A stretch of 51,903 nt of DNA, filler included, from Stramenopiles sp. TOSAG23-2 (lineage: Eukaryota), in the NCBI GenBank assembly GCA_900128395.1. It is 3 parts of 3 records of this genome, joined end to end, with 100 filler letters (N's around TTAATTAATTAA, not from the genome) between each part and the next. Parts side by side here need not be neighbours in the genome. Positions count along the whole stretch, not along the records: positions 1 to 17,265 come from LT649653.1; 2 more parts are not named here. One strand, given 5' to 3'. This document shows positions 1 through 10,794 of this stretch, one piece after another. The translations under genes and the position numbers were made by a program. The notes under the pieces are model-generated. The model was not told where the DNA came from. It saw nothing but the letters and a program-made list of their open reading frames with translations, and did no database searches. Each line of letters starts with the position of its first letter. Positions within the stretch are counted from its first letter, which is position 1.

Positions 1-104
1 TCTCTTTATAAGTATATTTATTTGAGCAATACCAATTCAACTATAAGAAGGAAGAAGAACAAACATTATGGAAAATATATACAATATATTATATACACAG
101 CATA

Positions 105-3077
105 ATGATACAATTTAAACATACGAATGTAATCATATTTGCATTTATTATTAATTTAACATGCTTTAATATAAATTTTCATTTTTTGAATTGTAGAAGA
201 AATGAAGCTCAAGATTTTTATTATGAAGGTGAATATTACAATACTAATAACAATAATGATGATAATAATAATAATAATAATAATAAAGCAATGAATAGTT
301 ATTGCTCAAATAAATATACTTATAAAGAGAATGGATTACTTGTACAAGCGTTTGGGGATCATGGTGGAGATGATTTAACATTTTTGGAAGATGATGATGA
401 TTATAGTAGTTTTGTTATGCCAGAGAAATTTGATTTTGATGTAACATTTCCATATAATTCTGGACAACTTGGCTTAAAAATATCAGATGTATCACATATC
501 GTCACTTCAATAAAAGACAACTATGCTGCAGATTTAACTGGTATGATAAAAGTTGGCGATCAACTAATTGCAATTAATGATATACAATTGCCACCACTAA
601 ATAATGGCAAGGATAGTAGTGATAGTAATAAGAACAACAAAAATAGGAATAATATTAATATCAATGAAAAATTAAAGTTTTTGGAGAAAAATAATCATAA
701 ACAATGGTTTTATTTACGTTTTCGTCCTGCAATATTTGAAAAAAGAACTAGGGCTGATTTGTATGATGTAAATGTAACAATAAAGCAAGGAGAGACATTG
801 GGTTTATTACTATCATCGAATCTTAAAATTCTTAAAGTGGAGCAACAGATAGGATGGAAAAAAACATTATCAGTTGAGAATGGCAATAGCAGCAATAATA
901 GTAGTAAGACAAATAATAATAATATTGCATCAAGCCATGCAAGTACCTTAACAACAACTAGTGGCAATGCTGCTAATTTAGTACCTGGGGATAAATTAAT
1001 CATGATTAACGATAGAAGCGTGGTGACAAAAAAATTAAATGATGTTTTGCCAATATTAAAAGGATTATCAACAACAACTATGAACAATGATCAGAATAAT
1101 CGCAAAAAAACGTTAAAACTACGTTTTCGTCCACCATTAGAGGTACGAGAACAACGAAAATTATTAAAAAAGTTAACTGATGAAAATGTAAATTATAATA
1201 ATCAAAACACATTTACAGTAACATTTGTAGATAAAGGTCCTGTTGGTATAAATTTCGATGAAAAATTAATTGTACAAAATTTTGGTTTACCAGATGGATA
1301 TGAAGTAGAAGATGATGCTACGGAGGAAGGAACGAAAATAGATTCAATTTTGTATTTTCCAGCAGAACGTAATGGGCATATCATAATAGGAGATCGTTTA
1401 ATTTCTGTTAATGGTGAGAAAATTACAACATTAAAAAAAGCCAATGAATTATTAAATGTACCAGTAAAATCAAAACGTTTACATTGCCGTGGGGGCGTGC
1501 ATTGTGGCATTGAAATTGTGCGCAATACACCAGATGTGCGAACAGTTACATTTGCTATTGGTAGGCGAGATAGACAAAATGTAAATGCAAATAATAATGA
1601 CAACATGGGCAAAATGTATAACAATGTTGATGATGGTACTTCTATGAACTTAATGCAACAACAAAATGATAATGAGAAAAGTATGTATAAGATGAATAAT
1701 AATAATAATAACAATGCAATGTTATTAGCGAAAACGGCAATCAATGCTAATGGCATGTCGGAGTCGGTCTTTTATGCAAAACGTGGTATTATTGATATAG
1801 TAGATTCGAAAAAAGTAGATATCGGTTCTTTTGATTTTACTGCTGCTTTATTTGGTGGTCCGTTATGGTGTAAACATCATGAGATTTATATACCAGATCC
1901 AGAAGATGCATGTGAGGAACTTGCTAATGAGAAATATTTAAGAAATAAATATGTCTTAGTAAAACGAGGACGTTGCTATTTTTCGACAAAAGCAATTCAT
2001 GCTCAGTATGCTGGTGCTGCAGGTTTAATTGTTGTCGACAGCGAGGAAAATAAAGGCAAATTACCAAAACGAATGCCAGGTGCAGAAAATGATCGTCACT
2101 TAATTAAGATTCCATCTATTATGATCTCTTACTTAGATGGACAAAAAATTATCAAAGCATTAAAAAAATTGAATCAACAAAGTGATAGTAACTATCGTAA
2201 AATCACTGATTTAACATTACACGGTACCTTACGAACAGAGGAACATGATCCAAAGAGTACGTGTAAATATACAAGTGATGACAGAGATGATGGCAATAAT
2301 GCTTATGGAAATCTTGCTTCTTCGTACGATCATACAAAGATGCCATCAGCATCAAATGCGTTGCATGAGAAAGGTGGTCATATTGAGATTTTAAATTCAA
2401 ATGGACAAGTTGTGAATAAGTATGAATATTTAACAGCAAAATTTGGCCAGAATTTGCTTTTAAAAGCTATGACAACAACAATAAAGGTTGCAAACCCTAA
2501 CAAGGCATGTAGTGATATCACAAATGATATTGATGGAAGTGTTGTTATCATACAACGTGGAACGTGCAGCTTAGTAGAAAAAATTGAAAGAGCAGAAAAA
2601 GCAGGTGCAGTAGCCGCTTTAATTATTAATAATAAAAATGGGTTGGAAAGAATTGAAACGTGGGATCAAAAATTTCGCCCGTATTATGTGAAATCAAAAC
2701 ATAATGTAACTATTTTAGCTGGAATGGTAACAAAACAAGCTGGTGTAGAACTGCTTGAAATGTTACATGACGTTTCCGCGAAGAAAAATATAATTGCACG
2801 GTTAATTTCAAATGGTGGACATGTGGAACAATGGAATCAATTGACAACGTTGTTTGATATTGGTAATTGGCCTAAAGATCCAAATGGACGGGCACAATTG
2901 TATTTAGAGTTTGCAAAAAAAAATAACCCAAATATTGAATATGGTAGTAATGAAAGGTTTCAATGTTTGCAATTGGCTCGTAAAATTGTTGAAACACATT
3001 ATGCTGGAATTAAATTGAGAGAAAAATTAATCAAAGAACGAGAGCAACGAGAGGCTGCAGCGAAGAATATGGAATAG
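105..3077 (+). CDS. Multi-PDZ + two PA (protease-associated) domain protein with C-terminal J-domain-like segment
   Basis: 990-aa ORF. Hydrophobic N-terminus. Three PDZ-like units (GQLGLKI..IKVGDQLIAIND; TLGLLL..PGDKLIMIND; GPVGINF..IGDRLISVNG). Two PA motifs (LVKRGRCYFSTKAIHAQYAGAAGLIVVD; IIQRGTCSLVEKIERAEKAGAVAALIIN). Confidence 0.8.
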   Translation: MIQFKHTNVIIFAFIINLTCFNINFHFLNCRRNEAQDFYYEGEYYNTNNNNDDNNNNNNNKAMNSYCSNKYTYKENGLLVQAFGDHGGDDLTFLEDDDDYSSFVMPEKFDFDVTFPYNSGQLGLKISDVSHIVTSIKDNYAADLTGMIKVGDQLIAINDIQLPPLNNGKDSSDSNKNNKNRNNININEKLKFLEKNNHKQWFYLRFRPAIFEKRTRADLYDVNVTIKQGETLGLLLSSNLKILKVEQQIGWKKTLSVENGNSSNNSSKTNNNNIASSHASTLTTTSGNAANLVPGDKLIMINDRSVVTKKLNDVLPILKGLSTTTMNNDQNNRKKTLKLRFRPPLEVREQRKLLKKLTDENVNYNNQNTFTVTFVDKGPVGINFDEKLIVQNFGLPDGYEVEDDATEEGTKIDSILYFPAERNGHIIIGDRLISVNGEKITTLKKANELLNVPVKSKRLHCRGGVHCGIEIVRNTPDVRTVTFAIGRRDRQNVNANNNDNMGKMYNNVDDGTSMNLMQQQNDNEKSMYKMNNNNNNNAMLLAKTAINANGMSESVFYAKRGIIDIVDSKKVDIGSFDFTAALFGGPLWCKHHEIYIPDPEDACEELANEKYLRNKYVLVKRGRCYFSTKAIHAQYAGAAGLIVVDSEENKGKLPKRMPGAENDRHLIKIPSIMISYLDGQKIIKALKKLNQQSDSNYRKITDLTLHGTLRTEEHDPKSTCKYTSDDRDDGNNAYGNLASSYDHTKMPSASNALHEKGGHIEILNSNGQVVNKYEYLTAKFGQNLLLKAMTTTIKVANPNKACSDITNDIDGSVVIIQRGTCSLVEKIERAEKAGAVAALIINNKNGLERIETWDQKFRPYYVKSKHNVTILAGMVTKQAGVELLEMLHDVSAKKNIIARLISNGGHVEQWNQLTTLFDIGNWPKDPNGRAQLYLEFAKKNNPNIEYGSNERFQCLQLARKIVETHYAGIKLREKLIKEREQREAAAKNME

Positions 3078-3189
3078 TGTGTGTGTGTGTATAAATACGC
3101 ATATATACGCGCGTATGATATTAATTTTGAGATACGAACGTATGATCTCCCCATATAATTAAAAATATAAATGATTTATATATATATAA

Positions 3190-4149
3190 TTATATACGTG
3201 TATCTTTTTCTTCCTCTCCTTCTCCTTCTTTTGGTATGATCCCACCATCAAAATACGGAGGACATTCATCTTCTGCCTCACCTTTTCCATTTTCAAATAA
3301 TTCTTTTGGTAAAATAGTTAAATCCATATGCTTTTCTAAAACCTCCAAATAATCATCATATCCACAAAATTGCATCTTTGCTACTACACCTGGATCAAAG
3401 AAATAAGAAACCATCCCCCATATCATCCGAAAAATCCACGGAGCTCTTATTATAATTAGTTTTTTTGCAGTTTCGCAGTAATTGTCTTGATCCAAGCGCA
3501 TAATTTTATTATAGGCACCCAAAGTTCCACCCCATAACATTCGTCGAGATAGTCCATCCAAATCTTCAATAATTGTAATTCTCCTAACTGGTCTTTTCAT
3601 AGCCTTTTCGTATTTATGTATCCACTTTCCTTTGCTGATGAGTTCTCTAGTCCAGATTGCATGCTTTATCATTTCCTCTTCCCCTAACCTTGCTAATAAA
3701 CCAGGCGCATCGGTTACGCCTAGACGTTCTAAATACACCGGATCTCCTTCTTTATCATATCCTTTCAACATAGCACCAGGATAATATCGCCAAAGTAATT
3801 TATCTGGGGTATAATCTTTTAAAATAGTCTCTACATTATTTTCTTTTCTCCATTCAATCATATTTTTAAACATTTCAACTTGTGCCTTTAAATCTTTTGG
3901 TCGTGCTCGCATAAATCTTACGACTTCATTTGGTTGGTTTTTCCAATGCAGAATATCTTTAATAGCTTCTTTCAGCTCTTTTAAATTATTTATTTCTTCA
4001 TCAGATAAATCCCACAGCTCAATTGTTTTTTTAAACTTTTCTTCTGCCCAATAATTTACAATATCATTTTCAGTGACATTCGTTTTAAATCGTCGGTCTT
4101 TTTCAACAACATTATGGTTGTTGTTGCTCTTATCTTCCACTATATTCAT
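3190..4149 (-). CDS. SEC14/CRAL-TRIO lipid-binding protein
   Basis: RFMRAR..EWRKEN N-domain, GYDKEGDPVYLERLG, IEDLDGL, NYCET..LIIIRAPWIF, LPKEL motifs. Confidence 0.9.
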   Translation of the reverse strand: MNIVEDKSNNNHNVVEKDRRFKTNVTENDIVNYWAEEKFKKTIELWDLSDEEINNLKELKEAIKDILHWKNQPNEVVRFMRARPKDLKAQVEMFKNMIEWRKENNVETILKDYTPDKLLWRYYPGAMLKGYDKEGDPVYLERLGVTDAPGLLARLGEEEMIKHAIWTRELISKGKWIHKYEKAMKRPVRRITIIEDLDGLSRRMLWGGTLGAYNKIMRLDQDNYCETAKKLIIIRAPWIFRMIWGMVSYFFDPGVVAKMQFCGYDDYLEVLEKHMDLTILPKELFENGKGEAEDECPPYFDGGIIPKEGEGEEEKDTRI

Positions 4150-4447
4150 CTTTGTTTTTATCGTAGATGTTTTGAAATTATAGTCTGTGTGTGTATATAT
4201 ATGGATATATAACGACTATTTTATATTAAATATTTTTATATAAAAGAAGAAGTCTTTATTATTTTGTTGATATTGGCAAGATTAATATTATTATAATATT
4301 GCCTGTGCGCCTACATTAACAATATACCGACCACAGGTAATAACATTTTAAAAGCATAATAATCTAGAGGAGGATAATAAAAATATTTATTATTTTTTAT
4401 AATATATACCATAGCTAATACATCCCTCTCTCTCCCCCCCCCCTCCT

Positions 4448-5569
4448 TTACCAAACTCCAGGCACCAGTTTATATCTTTGCAACATTTCGTATTCATTTC
4501 CAAACTTGTTTATGTACCATTGATGTGTCATTGCGGAGCGTGGCACTAGATTTACAAGAGACACTAGCAAAATAAATAATCCATTTGGGCCAAATGTCAT
4601 AAGCGCAAATCCACTCCATGCAAGCAGTTCCGATAAATATTGCGCATTCGTACAGTATTGAAATAAACCCTCTTTAGGAATACAATATCGTACATCATTT
4701 GGGCATGGCCGCAAATTTCTTAATATTGTATCATGCCAAATGATAAGGGTTAATCCAACAAGATAGATTAAAAAGCCTACAATAAATCGAATATCTTTTA
4801 ACCATTTATTAGAATATTTACCATATCTCGACATCCATTCACTATTTAAATATGCATGTGTTACCGTAACGAGCCACGAAAACAAAGCAGGTATTATAGA
4901 GAAATTTGTTGAGTTATTGTGTACACGTATCATCGATGGGAAAATCCACCCGCGATAAATGTAGTGGAACGTAAATATACTTGCTAATAACCTGGAGCAA
5001 AACTCTTTCTTATTTGGACCTCCAACAATCCAAAAGCGATATATAAAAAATGAACTGCAAGGAAGTTCCATCAACCACCAACCTAGCCGTGGATCTAACC
5101 CTATACTACTATTGTTTCCAAATCTTCCATAAGCAGTTGACTCCGTCGTTTCTGCAATTAAACATACTAAGACTAATAAACCAGCTATTGAGCATATAAA
5201 ATTATAATGCTTTGAGTTTGAAAATACAGTAATGAATGTTAACTTTTCTTGATAATCAACAACCGTAGATGTTATATTACTACTTTCCAAACTTTTCTTT
5301 GCTTTATTAGGTAATGTAGTAATATTATCATACTGTGGCAAATATTTTGATAATTTTTTAGAAGAGATATTGTCAGAATATTGATCTTCAAAATCCAAAT
5401 ACTCGATATCATAATGATTTTTTTCTCTGACTTTTGTTATTTTTGCTTTATACAATTTCCCGCTGCTTTTAACTGCAACTATTTCATCTTTAGAAAATGT
5501 AGTTTCATCTTTGTTTCCTCTTCTACTTAATGCTCTTCTTGTTGGTGTTGCTTTGTTTTTTCTTGCCAT
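4448..5569 (-). CDS. 3-oxo-5-alpha-steroid 4-dehydrogenase (steroid 5-alpha-reductase family) with N-terminal Tudor-like domain
   Basis: TAYGRF, GWWLMELP, FHYIYRGWIFP, HDTILRNLR, YCIPKEGLFQY, YLSELLAWSG, NLVPRSAMTHQWY and LVPGVW motifs. N-terminal FSKDEIVAVK..LYKAKITKV..YDIEYLD. Confidence 0.88.
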   Translation of the reverse strand: MARKNKATPTRRALSRRGNKDETTFSKDEIVAVKSSGKLYKAKITKVREKNHYDIEYLDFEDQYSDNISSKKLSKYLPQYDNITTLPNKAKKSLESSNITSTVVDYQEKLTFITVFSNSKHYNFICSIAGLLVLVCLIAETTESTAYGRFGNNSSIGLDPRLGWWLMELPCSSFFIYRFWIVGGPNKKEFCSRLLASIFTFHYIYRGWIFPSMIRVHNNSTNFSIIPALFSWLVTVTHAYLNSEWMSRYGKYSNKWLKDIRFIVGFLIYLVGLTLIIWHDTILRNLRPCPNDVRYCIPKEGLFQYCTNAQYLSELLAWSGFALMTFGPNGLFILLVSLVNLVPRSAMTHQWYINKFGNEYEMLQRYKLVPGVW

Positions 5570-5868
5570 GTTTTGTTGTTATATAATTAAGAAATTTAAA
5601 AGTTAAAAAAAAATCCAAAAAGATTACTATTATATATTTGTGCTATTTATCTTACATGTTTTTATCTATTCGATTTGTATAATTTCAATAATTAGAATTA
5701 GAATTTTAAATATAATACATTACATATACAGTAAAATTCAAAATTTAAAACAACCACCAACATAAACAACTACTTTTCTTCTTCTTGTATCCTATATGGT
5801 TGCATTGAGCTGAGCACAACGGGATAAATAATAATATGGAAATAGCATTATACCTTGTATTAAGCTCA

Positions 5869-5903
5869 AAAAAAGCACATTGAGCTGCTCAATGTGCTTT
5901 TTT
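5869..5903. repeat. Perfect 17-bp inverted repeat with 1-nt spacer
   Basis: aaaaaagcacattgagc-t-gctcaatgtgctttttt. Confidence 0.9.
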
Positions 5904-6173
5904 GGATAATAATAAGGTATATAGCCGCCCCCCTCGCCATTATATTTACATGCTATAATATGATGCGAATACCATATATTATAATAAGAAGAAAAACGTT
6001 AGATTCTCTCTGGATTTATTCTAATACACCCCATGATGAAAATATATATACAACTGTACTGTATCGATAGATATATAATAATTAAGATTATAAAAGTTAT
6101 CAATCAACAAGGTGCATAAAGATATATACCAACCATTGTTATGAGAAAATAATTAAGAATACAAATAGTATTG

Positions 6174-9100
6174 ATGTGGAAAAAACTGGGTTTTGGGAAG
6201 GGGAAATCCTCAAAAAATAATAACAACGTGGCAAATGTTACAGAAGACGTGGTACAACGGCGAGAAAAAGTGGATGTTAAAAAACAGGTGCCAGAAGAAG
6301 ATGACGTGCAACAAGGTAGGGTGAAAGAAGAAAATATGAATAAAAAGAAGAAAAAACGTGGGACTGAAATAGAATTTGGTGGGAGACTTGGTGACTTTGT
6401 GCCTCCAGAAGATGAAGAAGAAGAAGAAGAAGAAACTGTGCAAAATTTTAATATTGACGAAAGGGAAGAGGAGGATACGAACGACCCAGATGTACAGGCT
6501 GCAATTTTAGAACATAGTGAAGTTTTGGGAATCGATATAAACAAATATCCCGAGTTTATATCTATAGTAAAAGAGTCTCTATTAGCACCTGTACCAGAAG
6601 GATGGGTAGAGCACCAGGATGAGGACGGAATGCCTTTCTACGTCGATCAGGAAACGAGTGAATCTCAATGGGAACATCCGTTAGATGATTTTTATATTAA
6701 AAAATACAAAAGATTGCTGAAGGAAAAAAAGAAAAAAGAAAAAGCGGAAAGGAAAAAGGCGGTGTCTTCTGAAAACAATGCAAATAGCAAAGGGAATAAT
6801 AATAATAATAATAAAAAGAAGCAGGGTCCAACAACAGATCAAAGAGAACCAAAAAGACTTAATATCTCGCAGAGTGTTGACAATGATAATAATAGGAAAA
6901 ATAATGATAATAAAAATATATCGAATGATATGCCTTCAAAAAAGGAGCAACCAAAAAAACAAGAAAATGAAGAGGAAGATTTTTTAAAAACAGCTATTTT
7001 AGAACAATGTAAAGTATTAGGAATAGATCCTGTTAAATATCCTGAATATGTATACATTGCCAAAGAATCATTGTTAGCGCCAGTACCAGAGGGTTGGGAG
7101 GAACAAGAGGACAATGGGGATCCTTTCTATTTACAAATAGCAACTGGTAAGACACAATGGGAGCACCCAGAAGATGAAAAATATCGTTTAAAGTTTAAAA
7201 AGGAACTTGAAAAAGCAAATGTAAAATCAGATAATGATAAAACAACAATTGAACCATCAACTACTAAAAAGAAAAGTGCAGTGGATCAAGATTGGGATGA
7301 TTGGGATGATATTGATGATCAAGATTCGACGAAAGGCGGAAAAAATACAACAACAAATAATAGTAATATCAATGGTAAAAATAATTCAACAAACAAAGGG
7401 GAAACAAATAAAAAATTAACTTCCACTACCGCTGCAGTCTCCGGTACTATTAGTAAAGAAGGCAACGATGAAAATGAAGACTATGATGATTGGGATAGTG
7501 ATGAAGATGATGACTTAGTCGATAAAAAAGATGTTGCTACAGCTGATAAAGTAGTAGATCCGCAAAAAGCAATAATTGAAACCACACAGAATAAATCTAC
7601 GGAAGATATTTCAAATTCACAACCATCGATCGTAGAAAGTTCAGCGTTTCCTTTGGAATCTAGTGTTGCTATTAATGCTAACGGAAGCAGTCCAAAGAGT
7701 CTTAGTAATGTTAGCGCTACATCACCAGTTGGGACATCATCAAACGGTAATGATCTTCAAATTGATGCAGCAGATGCGAAACAGATTTTTCAAATGGAAA
7801 GCTCAATGCGATTAGTAAAAAGTGAAAATGAAAATTTATGGAAACGAAATGCCAAATTAAAAAATGATAAGCTAAGTATGTCAAACACACATAAAAAACT
7901 AACGGATGAGATGCAAGATAAAATCGATTTAATACGTGAGGAATCTGATAAATTAAAAATTGAGAAACTGGAAACAGAGAACAAACTAAAAATTAGTACC
8001 GATCGATTATTTGCAATGAAAGCGGAAAATAATGTTTTAAAACAGAAAGCTGAAGTTTTGGAAAATAGCAAAACCGATTTAGAGTTATCATTGACACGTT
8101 CAAATAAAGACCAAGATGAAGAATTAGGGATGGTGAAAAATAAAATTAAAGTTTTAACGAAAGAGAAGAATGATTTAAAATTAGAACTCCATGAGACGAA
8201 AGTGTCGTATGAAAAGTTATCATCAACAACGACTCGTCGTGTGCAAACAGCAATGCAAACTGCACGTAGTGCACAAACGGCTAGGAAACAGGCTGAAGAT
8301 CGTATAAAAGAATTGGAAAAACAAATTAAACAAATGAAATCGGAGAAAAATTCCATGACACGCGCGTTGGAAAGCGAAGTTAAAAATGCAATGAAAAGAG
8401 CCCGAGATGCGGAAAGTGAAAAAGCGACTGCTGTAAGTGGTGCAAAAAAGAAATATGAATTCGATACTAACAAGTTGAAAGATTTGGAGAAAAAATTAGA
8501 AGATGCAAGTAATAATTTAATTTCAAAAGGGAACCGTATTAAAGAGTTGCAAAAGGATGTAAAACGATTCGAAAATGAAAATAAAGAACTGTTACAAAAT
8601 AACGCAACATCTGCAGAAGCAACTAAAGAGGAAGAAATGAAAATAAGTAATGAAGCGACTGGAAACAAAGCAACTCCACCACCAGAATCGACTGCTCCTA
8701 AAGTATCAACGCCACCGAAACCGCAACCACAAATCAATGTTGATTTATATACAAGTGAAATCATTCGCTTAAAGACGGAGTTGGCCGCCTCAGAGAGGCG
8801 TTTAAGAGATGCGGAAAGGCTAGCTAGTAAAGCAGAGGAAAGAGCTGATCGTGCGGAGTCATCGTATACAGAATCTGCAGTTGAAAATGAATTAGCAACC
8901 TCATTAGGTATCAAAGTCTATGAACTGGAACGCGAAAAAGAAAAGTTAGAATCACTTATCCGTGATTCTGGCGTAGACAAAGATTTATACAAAGCACAAG
9001 CAGAAGCTGCGTTACGAGAACGTAGTCAAGTGCTAGATCGCATCAAAGTGGAGCAAAAGCGGAACGACGAGTTAGTTTCCCAACGTCAAAGACAATCAGA

Positions 9101-10382
9101 GGAAAAAATTCGTTTAGTTGCACAATTGGAACAAGGAAAATTAAGCGAGGAGCGATTAAGCGAAATGATCAAAACGTTGAGGAAAGAGCAAGAAGAAAGT
9201 AGAAAAATTTTGAATAGTCAAACACAAAGTGTCAATGGAAACAAAGTTGAAATTTTAAACGCCGTACGAGAAGAACGAGAACGATTGAAAATCGAACATG
9301 ATAAAGTTCTAGCTACGTTGCGTAAAGAGCTATTAGAAGCCAAGCAGGGCAATACTTCTACCACAACGCCTGGTTCTGAATATGAAGGGAAATTTGTAGC
9401 ATTAAAAGAAGAAATACGGTTGTTGAAAGTTGAAAATAATGCTTTGAAATCATTTAGTACTACTTCGATGACATTAGACAATAATAACGCTGCTCCGGTT
9501 GTCGATAAAACAACTGGGATCCGTACAAGTGAAAAAGAAGCTGCACTTGCAGCACAACTGCAAGATGTCGTTCGCCAAAGTGCATCAACTATTTCAACGC
9601 ACATTCAAGAAATTAGTGCTTTGCGTTCACGAATATCAACATTGCAAGAAGAAAATAGTCGTTTAAAAATCGGTGCAAGTGAAGATTTAGAAACATGGAA
9701 GCGTCGTGCGGCGGAAGCCATGGCAGAATCAGAAGCTTTGCGTATAGAACGCAACGAGCGACGGGTAGATATGAAAGAGTTGAGGGAGGAATGGAAAGCA
9801 TTGCATAAGGAATTACGTGATGTTAAGGTACAAGAGATGGTTGCTAGAGAGTCTGCAATTCGTGCTGAGACAAAACTGGAAAAATTTGTGGGCGACACTG
9901 ATACAAATGCTGCATCTAGAATGTCTAGTTTTTTGCAAGATATGCGTGGTATCGTAGAACAAGTAGCATCGTTTCAAGCAAGTCCACATGAAGCATTGAT
10001 GGATGGTTCAACATCATATGCACTAGGTGATCAGTCATCTACTACAATGTCCCCATTACGAAAAAGTAACCAAATTTTTGGTAGTGACATATCTTCCACA
10101 CGATCGCCACATCAGCAACAGTACATGAATAACAAAATTCGTAACAATCATAATAATAATATGAATTATCCAAGAGCTCCTGAATCAATCCACCTTGGTG
10201 GTAATAATATGCCTCCACAGCCACCAGCAAACATACGATCTCAACAACAACAACAAACATTTTCACTTGAAAGCAATAAATATGATAATGCTAGGCAAGA
10301 AGTCCAAAATTTACGCGAGCAATTAGCAAAGCAGCAAGCACAACACAATAAAGTGTATCAACAGCAATTTGGTGGAATATAG
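6174..10382 (+). CDS. CEP164-like protein: two WW modules plus long coiled coil
   Basis: Two copies of LGIDxxKYPE..I.KESLLAPVPEGW..G.PFY....QWEHP, resembling the CEP164 N-terminal WW module. ~750 aa of heptad-rich coiled coil. First ATG at 6174. Confidence 0.72.
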   Translation: MWKKLGFGKGKSSKNNNNVANVTEDVVQRREKVDVKKQVPEEDDVQQGRVKEENMNKKKKKRGTEIEFGGRLGDFVPPEDEEEEEEETVQNFNIDEREEEDTNDPDVQAAILEHSEVLGIDINKYPEFISIVKESLLAPVPEGWVEHQDEDGMPFYVDQETSESQWEHPLDDFYIKKYKRLLKEKKKKEKAERKKAVSSENNANSKGNNNNNNKKKQGPTTDQREPKRLNISQSVDNDNNRKNNDNKNISNDMPSKKEQPKKQENEEEDFLKTAILEQCKVLGIDPVKYPEYVYIAKESLLAPVPEGWEEQEDNGDPFYLQIATGKTQWEHPEDEKYRLKFKKELEKANVKSDNDKTTIEPSTTKKKSAVDQDWDDWDDIDDQDSTKGGKNTTTNNSNINGKNNSTNKGETNKKLTSTTAAVSGTISKEGNDENEDYDDWDSDEDDDLVDKKDVATADKVVDPQKAIIETTQNKSTEDISNSQPSIVESSAFPLESSVAINANGSSPKSLSNVSATSPVGTSSNGNDLQIDAADAKQIFQMESSMRLVKSENENLWKRNAKLKNDKLSMSNTHKKLTDEMQDKIDLIREESDKLKIEKLETENKLKISTDRLFAMKAENNVLKQKAEVLENSKTDLELSLTRSNKDQDEELGMVKNKIKVLTKEKNDLKLELHETKVSYEKLSSTTTRRVQTAMQTARSAQTARKQAEDRIKELEKQIKQMKSEKNSMTRALESEVKNAMKRARDAESEKATAVSGAKKKYEFDTNKLKDLEKKLEDASNNLISKGNRIKELQKDVKRFENENKELLQNNATSAEATKEEEMKISNEATGNKATPPPESTAPKVSTPPKPQPQINVDLYTSEIIRLKTELAASERRLRDAERLASKAEERADRAESSYTESAVENELATSLGIKVYELEREKEKLESLIRDSGVDKDLYKAQAEAALRERSQVLDRIKVEQKRNDELVSQRQRQSEEKIRLVAQLEQGKLSEERLSEMIKTLRKEQEESRKILNSQTQSVNGNKVEILNAVREERERLKIEHDKVLATLRKELLEAKQGNTSTTTPGSEYEGKFVALKEEIRLLKVENNALKSFSTTSMTLDNNNAAPVVDKTTGIRTSEKEAALAAQLQDVVRQSASTISTHIQEISALRSRISTLQEENSRLKIGASEDLETWKRRAAEAMAESEALRIERNERRVDMKELREEWKALHKELRDVKVQEMVARESAIRAETKLEKFVGDTDTNAASRMSSFLQDMRGIVEQVASFQASPHEALMDGSTSYALGDQSSTTMSPLRKSNQIFGSDISSTRSPHQQQYMNNKIRNNHNNNMNYPRAPESIHLGGNNMPPQPPANIRSQQQQQTFSLESNKYDNARQEVQNLREQLAKQQAQHNKVYQQQFGGI

Positions 10383-10794
10383 ATATTGCACATTTATCAT
10401 GTATCATATCATTATAGGTATTTCGTTACGCGGGGAGACAAAGAAATATAGCGCAGGCAAGGCAGAGAGGTAGAGAGAAAAAAAATGGTGTGTGTGGTAT
10501 AGTGTTTTTTAAAAAAAATTTAAATTTTCACACTCATTAAAATATGATTTTGAGACATATTCCGTATTATGTATTTTATACGAACTTCGTGCGTATAAGA
10601 TTATACGCTGAAGGATATTTTTTACGAGAATAATCACATATTTTCTTATACGGAGTATATTTTTTCTTTTTAAAAATATAAACTAAATAATTGCTCAAAT
10701 ATCATTACTGGCACACATATAATAAGAGAATTATTTTTATAAAAATATTATTTTAAATATATATCACATATCCCACAACACCTTACTCTACACT

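Noticed and set aside
7790-8914. Long antisense ORFs (also 20139-20837, 33026-34096, 1202-1756 and others)
   Set aside because: They are shadows of low-complexity or coiled-coil sense genes, with poly-F/L/V/S content and no motifs.
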